DNA of 64,000 nucleotides, taken from the NCBI GenBank assembly GCA_010093995.1, contig ML992506.1, positions 1,167,109 through 1,231,108 on the forward strand, read 5' to 3'. Positions 44,473 through 55,700 of this stretch are shown here, in pieces. Within the stretch, counting starts at the first letter, position 1; the number at the start of each line of letters is the position of its first letter. A model generated the notes under the pieces. The model had not been told where the DNA came from and made no database searches. It saw only the letters and a program-made list of their open reading frames with translations. This DNA comes from Elsinoe ampelina (taxonomy: Eukaryota). Made by a program: the position numbers and the translations under genes.

Positions 44473-46029
44473 ATGCCTGCACGAACACGCGTCTCGACTG
44501 GGGAGACATCCCTCGCCGACTTCGAGACAGACCCGAGCATCATGGCCGAAACAAAATTTCCCAAGATCAATCGCGCCGTCGCTAAAGCGCCCAAGAAACA
44601 AACATCTACCGCGAAGAAGGCTTCTACCACCACAAAGAAAGCAGCTGCGCGACAGCCTTTGAAGGACAGGACCAACATGAAGGACACGAGCGACGCTGAG
44701 GAAGAGGAAGAGATCGTGCCAACCAAGCCCAAAAGTCGCAAAGCCTCTGCGCGAGCTATCGATGATGATGTAGAGCCAAAGGCGAAGAAGGCGAGGACAA
44801 AAGCTGCGGCCAAAGATGAGCCAAAGAAGGCAGCCAAAGCACGAGCAAACACAAAGCGCGCCATGTCACCCGACCACATGCATACGATTCCGGAGACTCA
44901 GCCACTACAAGATGTGTCTGAGTCGATCGAGAATGATACGGAAACAATGGAGGTCGAGGAGACGGACTCCAGACAGGAGTCCGAGCGCGTTGTCGCACGT
45001 GCGAGATCGGCATCGCAACAGCGACAGGCACCAAGTTACGCCGTTCCTGCGCGCGCACGATCAACTTCACAGCAGCCTCGTGCATACTCTAGAGAAGGTA
45101 GCGCGGCGCTTGCCGAGCGCAGACTTGCCGAGAGTGAGGCGAGGCGGAAGCTGGCAGACATGACATCCAAGTATGAAGATATGCGCCTTCGGTATGAGAG
45201 CTTGTCTGAGCTCGGGTCCAAGGCAGCCGACAGCAATTTCGACAAGCTCAAACGCGCGACTGACCAAAGGGCGAAAGACGCGTCTGATCTGATCTCATCC
45301 CTCAAGAAAGAGCTTTCAGAGGCACGCAAGTCAACATCGACCAACAACGCCGAGAATGCAAAGCTCACTACCCAGCTTAATACGCTGCAGTCTTCACACG
45401 AGCAGGCGGAAAGCAAGATGAAGGAAATGAAGACAAGCCTTGCCGAGTCGCACAACGAGATCAAGTCCCTGACCGCGAAACTCGAGGCAGCTCGTGAAGC
45501 TGCACGCAAAGCAGCTTCGGAAGCGGCCAAGATGCCAGGGAGTGCGATTAAGAGTCGAGATCATTCCACGCGCAACAATCTGAATACGGGAAATCTGGAC
45601 AGCGCAAAGGAGGCAGCACTGAAGGAAGAGATTTACAGAGATCTGACAGGATTGATCATTAATTCTGTGAAGAGAAAGGACGGTGAAGACGAGTACAGCT
45701 GTATTCAGACTGGACGCAATGGCAGTAAGTCAAGACACAGACGAGCCTCCCTCGAGGACATACTAATGAGTTCGGCAGCTCTCCACTTCCATCTCTGCGT
45801 GAACAACGACTCGACACAGATGAACCCCAAGACTCCAAGCGGGTTGAGCTACGAAGACGCCGAGTTTGCATACGAACCCTTCCTGGATGACGACAGGGAC
45901 AGAGACCTCATCGACATCCTTCCCGAATATTTGACCGAGGAGATCTGCTTCCCGAGAGGTCACGCGGTGCGTTTCTACAGCAAGATTGTCGACAGTATGA
46001 CCAAGAAGGTTGTGATTGAGGATGAGTGA
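44473..46029 (+). CDS. pcs1: Monopolin complex subunit Csm1/Pcs1 (probable in-frame intron ~45725-45778)
   Basis: A coiled coil is followed by IYRDLTGLII...CIQTGRNG...LHFHL...FAYEPFLD...LPEYLTEEICFP...FYSKI, matching the Csm1 C-terminal domain. Confidence 0.85.
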   Translation: MPARTRVSTGETSLADFETDPSIMAETKFPKINRAVAKAPKKQTSTAKKASTTTKKAAARQPLKDRTNMKDTSDAEEEEEIVPTKPKSRKASARAIDDDVEPKAKKARTKAAAKDEPKKAAKARANTKRAMSPDHMHTIPETQPLQDVSESIENDTETMEVEETDSRQESERVVARARSASQQRQAPSYAVPARARSTSQQPRAYSREGSAALAERRLAESEARRKLADMTSKYEDMRLRYESLSELGSKAADSNFDKLKRATDQRAKDASDLISSLKKELSEARKSTSTNNAENAKLTTQLNTLQSSHEQAESKMKEMKTSLAESHNEIKSLTAKLEAAREAARKAASEAAKMPGSAIKSRDHSTRNNLNTGNLDSAKEAALKEEIYRDLTGLIINSVKRKDGEDEYSCIQTGRNGSKSRHRRASLEDILMSSAALHFHLCVNNDSTQMNPKTPSGLSYEDAEFAYEPFLDDDRDRDLIDILPEYLTEEICFPRGHAVRFYSKIVDSMTKKVVIEDE

Positions 46030-46583
46030 AGGACGGTCAATGTATGATGAGAAAGAAGGAGGTTAGGCACGAAGTGATTTTGATACCACACTGCGCGGAG
46101 TTTCTTGGGTAGGATGAGAAGAGCGCAAGCATGTACGAAGCAGTCTCCTTGTAATGTTCACGATTCGCTACAGTCATTGGACTTCTATTGACGCTCTTTG
46201 GTCACGTTCGAACATAAGGTTGCAATGACAACGCATTACGGATCCTGCTCTACCTGCAATTGATCAATATCTCTTCCTGGTTGTCTTGCTTGCTCCAACA
46301 GCAACCGGCATGAGTGAGCTGGAGACATGCATTCATTTGGCAGTGCAACTTCTCGGAGTTCGGAGTTGGTGATCTGCCCCTCAACGCGACCCCACCCCAA
46401 ACGCCCTATCTTATCCAGATATGGTATTGACCCCTGACAATTCGTCCCATTGTTTCCTTACACACGACGAACCGATCACCACTCATCGTCGTCTGACCAA
46501 TCCTCTCCAACCTCGATTGCCACCGTCCCACCACCCCAACTCTCAACATCTCAACTTGCTCCCCTTTTCTCCTCGAGAGAAAC

Positions 46584-47528
46584 ATGGCACCCACCGCCCT
46601 CTCACCGCCCTCGCCTCCCTCCTCCGCCCCGACCAAGCCTTCCCCCACCACAGACCTCACCACCAAATCCCCCCTCGCCGCCATCTCCTGCGGCACCACC
46701 CTCCCCTCCATCCCCACCTACCCCTCCTTCGCCGCCCACCGCCGCGACATCCTCGCCCACATGGCCGGGGCCTTCCGCGTCTTCTCAACCAAGAAATACA
46801 CCGAAGGCATGTCAGGCCACATCTCCCTGCGCGACCCCGAATTCCCCAGCACATTCTGGACCAACCCCTTGGGACGGCACTTCGGCCTCCTCAAAGCAAG
46901 CGACATGATCCTGCTCAACAGCCGCGGGGAGGCGATCGGGGGCAACCTCGCGCGGCCGGCCAACGCGGCGGGGTTCCTCATCCACGCGGCGGTCCACGAC
47001 GCGAGGCCGGACGTGAACGCCGCCTGCCACACCCACGGCGTGGCGGGCAAAGCGTGGAGTGCGTTCGGGAGGAAACTGGAGATTTTGAACCAGGACATGT
47101 GCTATTTCTACGGGGAGGCGCAGGGGTTGTACGCTGATTTCGGGGGCGTGGTGTTGACGCCGGACGAGGGGAGGAGGTTGGCTGCTGCGTTGGGGGAGAG
47201 GGGGAAGGGTATGGTGCTCAGGAATCATGGGTTGTTGACCGTGGGAGGGACGGTGGATGAGGCGGCGTATTTGTATACGCTTATGGAGAGGAGTTGTGAG
47301 GTGCAATTGCTGGTGGAGGCGGCGAGGGCGGGGGGGAAGCAGACGGTCGAGGTGCCGGATGAGGCGGCGAGGTTTACGTTCAAGATGGCGAGTGATCCTG
47401 AGGCGTTGTATTGGGAGTTTCAGCCGGATTTGGAGTGGGAGGTGGAGATGGCGAGGGAGAAGGGGGGGTTCGATGATCATACTGGGGAGATTGAGGGGTT
47501 TAGGAGGGACATGGTGGAGGTGGAGTAA
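46584..47528 (+). CDS. Class II aldolase/adducin-family protein (Mug14-like)
   Basis: EGMSGHISLRDPE, FWTNPLG, NAAGFLIHAAVHDARPDVNAACHTH and LRNHGLLTVG. Confidence 0.92.
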   Translation: MAPTALSPPSPPSSAPTKPSPTTDLTTKSPLAAISCGTTLPSIPTYPSFAAHRRDILAHMAGAFRVFSTKKYTEGMSGHISLRDPEFPSTFWTNPLGRHFGLLKASDMILLNSRGEAIGGNLARPANAAGFLIHAAVHDARPDVNAACHTHGVAGKAWSAFGRKLEILNQDMCYFYGEAQGLYADFGGVVLTPDEGRRLAAALGERGKGMVLRNHGLLTVGGTVDEAAYLYTLMERSCEVQLLVEAARAGGKQTVEVPDEAARFTFKMASDPEALYWEFQPDLEWEVEMAREKGGFDDHTGEIEGFRRDMVEVE

Positions 47529-47797
47529 GGAAAGGGAGGGATGTATGCGCTGAGTTGGATATCGTCATAAATGCTAAGGATTAATCTACAAGAGGGAAAA
47601 GGGGAAGCCTGGTGTGGGCAGTGATGTTCAACGATGATAGACCTCTCTCCGTGACACCATATCCCTGGTCATCTCGCGTGAAACTTTCCAGCATGATAGA
47701 TCATGTCGACCTCAAATGCTCGTGAACATCTCGAAGGAGTAATTCTGCCGTACCTGGAAAGAAGAAAGCTAGCCCGCTAGCCAATGCCCGAATTGAA

Positions 47798-48965
47798 TTA
47801 TATGTACCCTGCTCGCGGGTGGATTTCCTCTTCTGCTACCATCATGCGCTTGTATTGTTGAAGCTCGTTCACGCTGCGGTCCCACTCCGCATCTGCGAGA
47901 GCCTTCTCTCTCCGCCCTGCTCGTCGGTTCTTTATACAGCAAAAGGTGATCAAGAGGACGAGAATGGCTGCGACTGAGATGGCGGCAATGATGATGCCAA
48001 TCTTGACGCCTTGAGGAAGGGCGTTGAATCTGCCGTCAATACCTCTTGGAGTGGAAATGACCTCGGCAGCCGTTGAGTTGCCCCTGCGGTGTGTTAGTAT
48101 TGGTCTATCACACGTGCAGCGGTGGGATGTCTTACTCGGTCACTTGGATGCTCTGCCACGAGCCGGACTTGTCGCCATATGTGTAGAGCTTGCCTGCGGT
48201 GAAATCGTGGACCTCCACAGACTTGACAGTCTGGACGAAAGGTGCCTTGCTGTAATCGGGAAGACCTCCAGCCCATTCAACAGTACCGGTAGCATTCTCC
48301 ATGGGGATCCAGTTACCGATCTTGAGCACCATGGGAGTCTGAGGATAACGATCGCCAACGGTCTTGTTCGAGAAATTGCTCATTGCCTTGGGGTCGTCAA
48401 ACTTGAGTGTCCGGATGAGACTGTCATCGATGTAGAAGTCGGTCTTCTCGACAGTCCAGACGACAGTGTAGTTGTGCTCGTTCAAGGTGTTGTCGACTGG
48501 ATGCCATTGATCACGGTTGTAGGTGGTAGTATCTGCCTTGCCGAAGAAGTTGGTTTGTACGTGGGTGGTGTTTCCGCCAATCCACTCCCAATCGATCTCG
48601 TCACGGTCGGAAGACTCCATGACAATGGAACTGACCACGCCCTGACCAGCGGCGGCCTTCATGACTACTGAGGTTCTTCCCCAAAAGATGTGGAAGTTGG
48701 ACTTGATCGTAGGACCTACGGCGCCCTTGCGCGCAATGGTGAAGAGAGCACCATCTGGAGAGAAGTCGATTTTGCCCGCGGTTGTGTTCCATATCTTAGC
48801 ATCAGCAGCCTCCTGAGTCCAGTTGAATGAAGCATATGTCCCGAGGGCCTCGTTTGGCGGGCACTCTGTGAGCAGAGGATCGCAGTCGGTGAATGTTTGC
48901 GCGAATACTGAGGGGACAGCGGCGAAGAGGGCGGCAGCGGCCGCGAATCGGTAGCTGGCGAGCAT
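47798..48965 (-). CDS. GH16 Crh-family chitin transglycosylase with a C-terminal transmembrane helix; intron ~48085-48134
   Basis: Signal peptide, QTFTDCDPL, catalytic DEIDWEW, YPQTPM and WAGG. Exon 2 contains IGIIIAAISVAAILVLLITFCC and ends HPRAGYI*. Confidence 0.88.
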
Positions 48966-49768
48966 GGCGGAGGGGACAGAATGGTATACACTAGACTAGA
49001 TTGAAAGAGAGGTTTGAAAGAGTGGGTATGTGCTAGTGAGCGGATGCCGACCTCTGAGGGCTGGCGGCAGTTCTGACAAGGAATGACTGGAGTGAGTGGA
49101 CTCGAAGGAAAGATGCTGGACGTGCGCGCGCGACGAAACTCGAAAAGATGGAGGTTGGATGGGGGAAAACGGCGAGGGAGATGGTGGATGCCAGGTGCCC
49201 TGAGAGTGAGAGATCTTGGCCGGAGGCGCTTGACGGCGCTTGCGTTTCAGCTCGAGCCCCTGATTTCTATTGATTCGAGACCAGGCGACTGCGCATTTCT
49301 ACCACCTTGTCCAGCCAGATACGAAGAGCTTATTGTCGACCTGAATGGTCATTGTATCGACCTGCCAATGACCTAACATCATCATGAACAACTCGTGTTC
49401 CTCAATGCCTGGACCGCACAAGCTTCTTGTCGCATACCGGTCCCAGCCAGCCAAAATTGAGATCGACGACCAACGAAAATCATCGTCTGCTTCGCCGCAT
49501 CGCCAATGCGGCTCTGGCAGCGGCGAGATTAACACATTCTGTACTCAAGGTTGACTGCATCTTCAAACATAATGGTATCAAAAATCATGACAGAAGAAAT
49601 TGAATGCAGAATTGGATCACACGGGCTCTCGTGCAGTCCCTCCAGTGGTGCACTCACAAAGGTAGCTATATTTTCCTCAGGTACAGTATCTCTGGTGTGC
49701 TTCATACAATTCCTTCATCTACCTCTCCGAACTCTCTCTCAAATCACTTCAATCTCCAGTAATCCAAC

Positions 49769-50326
49769 ATGCCTCGATTCATGGCCCCACCGCCATCCGG
49801 CGAGTTCAGCGTCGCCCTCATCAAGCCCTTCTCAGGCAAGCTCCTCGCCCCTCACCACCCCCCATCTCCTCAGCTAATACTCCGCAGGCAAGCCCACCCA
49901 CACCGTCCAGATCACTGGCGAGCCCAACCGCCCCGCCACAGTCCTCGTCACTAACGACACCGGCTCCGGCAAGACCGAAAAGACCGGGCAGATGTCAGCG
50001 TATGTCCCCCGCCATACCCCTCCCTTCCCATCCCTCTTCACCCTGGTCCCACAAACCCCTAACTCCGCCGCAGGGAAGACGTCAACGAACTCATCTCCCT
50101 CACCGACCAGCTGCGCGGCTTCCCCTCGCACCCAACCGAGGATATCTTCGGGCACAACGTGAGGCTAGAGTTCCACACCATGGAGATCAACTGGAGCAAC
50201 AACGAGGATGATCCGGCGGGCGATTTGAACAGCGTGGAGAAAGAGACGAAGCAGACGTTCAAGGACGTGGCGGACAGCGTGGATGCGGCGGGCAGGACGT
50301 TCGCGAAGCAGGATAAAGCGATCTAG
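49769..50326 (+). CDS. Small hypothetical fungal protein (~143 aa); introns 49836-49887 (GC-AG) and 50000-50073
   Basis: Splicing at branch-site-containing introns gives one continuous ORF: MPRFMAPPPSGEFSVALIKPFSGKPTHTVQITG...EDVNELISLTDQLRGFPSHPTEDIFG...FAKQDKAI*. Confidence 0.72.
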
Positions 50327-50473
50327 ATGAATGGATCAAAAGCAGACTGCTGGGAATGTAAAAGTTGATGAGGTCTATGATCTTTGATTCCTGATTCCTG
50401 GTCGCTATGCAAGATAAATCACTGTGACATCTAAGCCGGCATTTGACTTCCCTCACCGCGAGTGGCTTGCCTT

Positions 50474-52096
50474 TCAGGCCCTCGCCTTGCCCCTGACGGT
50501 CAACGTCCCACTCCCCTGCTCCACCCTCCACCCTTCCGCAACCAGCGCCTTATGCACGGCAGGACCGATTCTACTCTTCCCACCTTCGCTGTGCCTGCCC
50601 AACCCAACCACGTTTCGAAACCCAATATCCCTCTCCGTCGCGCCCTTACGACCATTCAGCCTCGCCTCGCCAAGTCCGGCCCACCATGCCGCTGTTTCTC
50701 TCTTCGCAATGCGGACTGCGTCTGCCACCACTGTTCCGTGGAGATCCAGTTGATCAGGTGAGGACTGAGCTGCTACCTGCACGTCAGCTGCCGCGCTCGT
50801 CGCTGCCGCGGCAGAATTGGCTGCGTCGCGGGCTTCGGATGCATAGTACGCTGCTGCGCCGCCGTAGAGATGGTTGGAGCGGGACTTCCGGTAAGCTGCG
50901 GCTGCTTGGGAGGAGAGGAGGCGGTGAGCGTCGCGTTGGGAGAGGGCGTTGAGCCGAGAAGAGCCGGCGAGAGGATGGGGAGATGAGGTTGGAGTGAAGG
51001 ATTCGTCGTCGGAGAGGGAGAGGCCTTTGTATTGTGGGATGATGGGTCCGGAGGACTTGATGAGGGGCTTGGCTACCAGGGCGTCGGCCAAGGCATGGGC
51101 TGAGGCTGAGGATGGATGGGTGAGCTGGATTAGGGCGGTGAGGTAGGCCGCGGAGATGGTGGGAAAGTCGCGGCCTAGCTCCAGTGCGTTCTCCTTGATG
51201 GTGGTATTTGAGGATGTGACTTTTGATGCGGAGCCGACCATGTCGTCTAGCAAGTGAGTAATGGTTCTTGGCACAGATGCGTTGTTCGCGCTGTAGGCTG
51301 ACAGAATCGTCGCTGTTGACAGCTTAGTGTGTCTGACCAGGAAATCCACATCTCCAGAAGTAGACTTCCAGGGGTTACCGTTGACGATACTGACAGGCGA
51401 CGAAGGAAGGGAGCTTGTTCTGCGCTCGTCCAGCAGGACCCTCTGATTCGCACCTTTGCGCTTCTTCTTCCTTCCCCGCTTCGCAATTTGATCCTCCGAA
51501 AAGGCTTCGATGCCTCTGTTGGGTATGATGTCGCCATGTTGACTGTCAGGGTCACTGAAGAATGATATGTTGAGAAGCTCGTCCAAAGCACGATGCCAAC
51601 TAGAGTCACATTTCTTCAGCACATGCTCGATCTTATGTGCTCCGACGGCAGGAAATAGACCTTGGAGGACGAGAGACTTGGTTGCAGCGTCCAAGGCCTG
51701 CATGGACTGCTCATCCTCAGTGAAGTCGTTGGGCAACACAGCGGTAGAGCTAGTACTCAAGTCGGACATGCCATTGGAGAGGCTAGTGATGTCGGTTTCC
51801 TCAGAGCGGTCTCGGGAAGATGATTTCGCATGTTCTCCATTGAGTCCCGTGCCGTTGAGTCCAGAATCGTCAAAGTCTGTTGCAGCCTGCTCGACCTCTG
51901 CGTCTGCCTTGATCGCATTGAGCGTGACACGGGCTTCGGCAACAGATTTTTGGTCCGTCAAATCGTAATCTGAAAGTATAGCCAGGAGAACGGACGTGTC
52001 TATCGGAGGGCAGTATTCTGCCTGGACGAATTTAGTGATGGTCTCCAACTCAAATGTCACACTACTCACCTCCAATCTGGAAATCGGATCATCCAT
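50474..52096 (-). CDS. CUE/Smr-domain protein (Cue2-like endonuclease)
   Basis: YCPPIDTSVLLAILSDYDL, a CUE-like LQGLFP segment, GGAAAYYA, and Smr motifs LDLHGTVVADAV...VVGLGRHSEGG. Likely start is MDDPIS at 52096. Confidence 0.85.
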   Translation of the reverse strand: MDDPISRLEVSSVTFELETITKFVQAEYCPPIDTSVLLAILSDYDLTDQKSVAEARVTLNAIKADAEVEQAATDFDDSGLNGTGLNGEHAKSSSRDRSEETDITSLSNGMSDLSTSSTAVLPNDFTEDEQSMQALDAATKSLVLQGLFPAVGAHKIEHVLKKCDSSWHRALDELLNISFFSDPDSQHGDIIPNRGIEAFSEDQIAKRGRKKKRKGANQRVLLDERRTSSLPSSPVSIVNGNPWKSTSGDVDFLVRHTKLSTATILSAYSANNASVPRTITHLLDDMVGSASKVTSSNTTIKENALELGRDFPTISAAYLTALIQLTHPSSASAHALADALVAKPLIKSSGPIIPQYKGLSLSDDESFTPTSSPHPLAGSSRLNALSQRDAHRLLSSQAAAAYRKSRSNHLYGGAAAYYASEARDAANSAAAATSAAADVQVAAQSSPDQLDLHGTVVADAVRIAKRETAAWWAGLGEARLNGRKGATERDIGFRNVVGLGRHSEGGKSRIGPAVHKALVAEGWRVEQGSGTLTVRGKARA

Positions 52097-52791
52097 GTCC
52101 AGGATCAAGTGGTAAATAAGATGTAATTGCTGCAAGTCGAATGTGCATAGTCTTGTCTTTATAACATATCATGCTTCGAATCGCGCGTGATCCAAGCAAG
52201 TAATTGATCTTAGGTTCTAGGTTGATGGTCTGCTTGCCAAAAAATCAAAGACGAGTGGTGACGTGAAGTCAGACATGTGCTCGCCAAGCCGACCTGTCTC
52301 GCTGTCGCATGACTCGTTTTCAGCCGAAGATGGAGCGTGCGGGCATGCCTTTGGGCCCGGCATGTCTTGCTCATGCTTTGCCCTACCTGACGAACACACA
52401 TCCTCACTGTCGACCCGCTACCTAGGCGGTACAAAGCTGACACAGATCTCTCCGGACCCTCACATATGCGCTCAAGGCCTAGGCAATTTTTCAGATCCTC
52501 GCAAACACTTTCAAACAAACCACCGGCGTTAATGGCCGTCGCTTGTGGGCAGTTCCATGGACGGCCCACATAGCCCATTCGACGCTCCCCGTTTTGCATC
52601 TACTTCGGCATCAAGGTAATTCGCCCTTGCACTTTTGGGAAACTTCGGCCTTCCCTCCAGCCATCACATGAAATTTTGTCACGGCCATGAAAGCTCCAAA
52701 TTTTCATCCATCCAGTCCCCCCACCTTCATCATCCTTCATCTTCAGATCTTCTTCCCGGCATGATCAGCCACAGAATCATTCACCGCTGAC

Positions 52792-55700
52792 ATGTCACGA
52801 AGGGTTACTCGCTCTTCAGCGAGGCTTGCAGCAGACTCATCCAGCTCGGCTTCAGAAACACCTACCATCCCCGCCCCAGCATCGTTTACACCGCCAAAGA
52901 CGTCGGCGCCTAGTCGAAAGCGCAAGGCCGCACAGAACGAGGCCTCTCCACCTGAAGAAGCTCCATCCACTCGCAGATCTAAGAAGATCAAAGTCACAGA
53001 ACCAGAACAGACGCCCACGTCCGCCAATTCACGACCTAAGCGGCAGAAGAAGGTGCCCGCGCAAGAGTCTTCGGCGGCTATGTCTTCTGGGTATGACGAG
53101 GGTGATACCATCCGCCGCACCTCCTCAAGCCGACGACGTCAGGCTTCCCCACCAGGAACATCGGCAGAAACCTCTCCACAGAATCTGTTGCCGGCAGGAA
53201 ACCAGAAGAAGCGGGGTTCGAGGAAATCAGGATCGAACGAGAAGAGCAGGGCTACGTCAGCGGGCTCGTCGAACCGGAAATCAAAGAAGGCACTCCAGAA
53301 GAAAGACTTCAATACAACCGGAAGCAGTTTCACATCGCACGAGGTAGAGGAGGAGAAGAACGAGCCGGAACAACAGGAGGATGAGCCAAGAAAAGACGGC
53401 TCAGACGACCATAGCGAGGAAGACGAGCGACCATCCCCGGATAACGACCGTATGGACGAGGACGATCCTTTCACGAGTAATCTTCTTGGCAGGATGGCTG
53501 GATCGTCAAGCATATCTAACACATTGCGGGCTCTTGGGGGCATGATGAGCGGAGTCACGGGACGTTTGAGGGGTATTCTTGAGAACCTACGCATGAAGGA
53601 CGACCCATCAGTACAGCTCATCGCTCTCACCGAGCTGTCCGAACTTTTTCTCATCTCCAACGAAGATAATCTCGCCGGCCACTTCTCACCGGATCAATTC
53701 GTGAAGGAGCTGGTCTCGCTCATGCAGCCAAATGGCTTTGGTGAAGAGAATCCAGAGATGATGCTACTAGCCTGCAGATGTATTGCAAACTTGATGGAAG
53801 CTATCCCTTCGTCGACTGCAAGCGTTGTCTATGGCGGCGCTGTGCCTGTCCTTTGTCAAAAGCTTCTGGAAATCCATTTCATCGACCTGGCAGAGCAGGC
53901 TCTCAGCACACTGGAGAAGATCTCAGTCGAATTCCCATCGAGTATTGTTCGGGAAGGAGGACTGACTGCATGCCTGACCTACCTCGACTTCTTTGCGACC
54001 TCCACTCAGCGTACTGCTGTGACGACTGCCGCCAACTGTTGTCGCGGCATACCTGAAGAGTCCTTCCCAGTCATCAAGGATGTGATGCCTATTCTGCTCA
54101 ATGTGCTGAGTAGTAACGATCAAAAGGTGGTTGAGCAAGGGTCACTTTGTGTTTGCCGGATCATCGAAAGCTTCAAGTGGCAGGATGAAAAGCTTGAGGA
54201 GCTCATCAGCGTAGACCTCTTAAGAGCCGTACTTCGTCTGCTTCTACCCGGAAGTACCAACCTCATCGGTGCCAACATTCACACATCTTTCCTGCGTTGT
54301 CTGGCTATCGCATCGAGAGCCAGCCCGCGCATCTCCGTCGAACTCCTGCGTCTCAACGTGGTCGATACTCTGTACCAGATTCTCACCGGTATCTCGCCAC
54401 CCAGTGGTACAGACGACATTGCCTCCAAGATCGATAAGAACGTCATCATGCAAGCTCTGATTCGTAGCCCGAAGGACCAGATCTTCGAGACACTCAATGT
54501 CATTTGCGAGCTATTGCCGACCGTGGCAGATAATGGACTGACCTTCCTGGATGAGCTTAAGGACGCCGGACTTCCAGGCGTTGGAGTCACCGCAGTCGCA
54601 ACGAGGTCTAGAACATCTCCGAACGACAAGCGTATCAAGCTTCTTCAAGAGTCCGCCGATGAAGTTCGCCGTTTCGCAATCATTCTCTTTCCCACCCTCA
54701 TGCACGCCTATACGAGCACAGTCAACTTGAATGTCAGACAGAAGGTGTTGACTGCTCAGCTGAAGATGTTATCCAATTTCGACACCAACGTCATTCAGGA
54801 AGCCCTGGCTGGCATTCCCTTCGCTTCACATGTGGCGTCTATCCTGACCCAGGAAGAGAACCCAATTTTGGTCACGTGCGCTCTCCAGATTGCAGAGATG
54901 TTGATCAACCGACTTGGCGAGATATACAAGTCGCAATTCCATCGCGAAGGTGTGATTGCAGAGATCAAGAAATTGGCAGATCGACCTCTTTCGACGGACG
55001 AGGCTGAGCGACTAAAGCGACATGATGGCTCGAAGAAGGACCAGAAGAGCCAGGCTTCCGAAGATAAGCCTCCACCAGCAACATCTCAAGACGAGGACAT
55101 GGAAGTGGCAGAAGATGACGAGGAGCATCACGATGAAGACGACGAGGAAGGTGATGAAGACGAAGACGAGGACGGTTCAGACTCGGACTCATCCGAGCCC
55201 GAAGTCCTGGGGAGCAGAGGCATGCCTTTCACTGACGTTCGCGACGTGATCACCGTGCGTGCTCAAAAGTTTGTCAAGCTGATTACAACTGCTCACTCCA
55301 GCGAAAACGCCGACGAGGCTGCCTCAACAGTGGACGCCATCCGGACGCTGGGTTCCGACTTGTCTCGAGCCTATCAAGATGACAATTATGCGAAAGGGGC
55401 TGAACTTTTCGCACGACTGGCAAATTACTTCGCCAAAGATGGGACAGACGGCATCACCAGCTACGAACTCCTCAAATCCGACATTGTCGATACCCTACTG
55501 CAGATTTTCACAAACGAGAATGGCATCGGCAAAACACAAGCCAGGTCGGCATTCCTGAAGGCATTCATGTCAGCGTCCAATGGCAACTTCGCGACTGGTA
55601 GTGCAGACTCCCCAACCACAGCTTTCAGCGTCCTGGTCCACAAGCTGCAGGATCTTTTGAGTCGGACCGAGCATTTTGAAGTCATCACCGTTCATCAGAA

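Noticed and set aside
26243..47528. Possible biosynthetic gene cluster (HIS2, LEU1, DUF1772, aldolase)
   Set aside because: There is no backbone enzyme (PKS, NRPS or terpene synthase), and the genes are interspersed with unrelated housekeeping loci.
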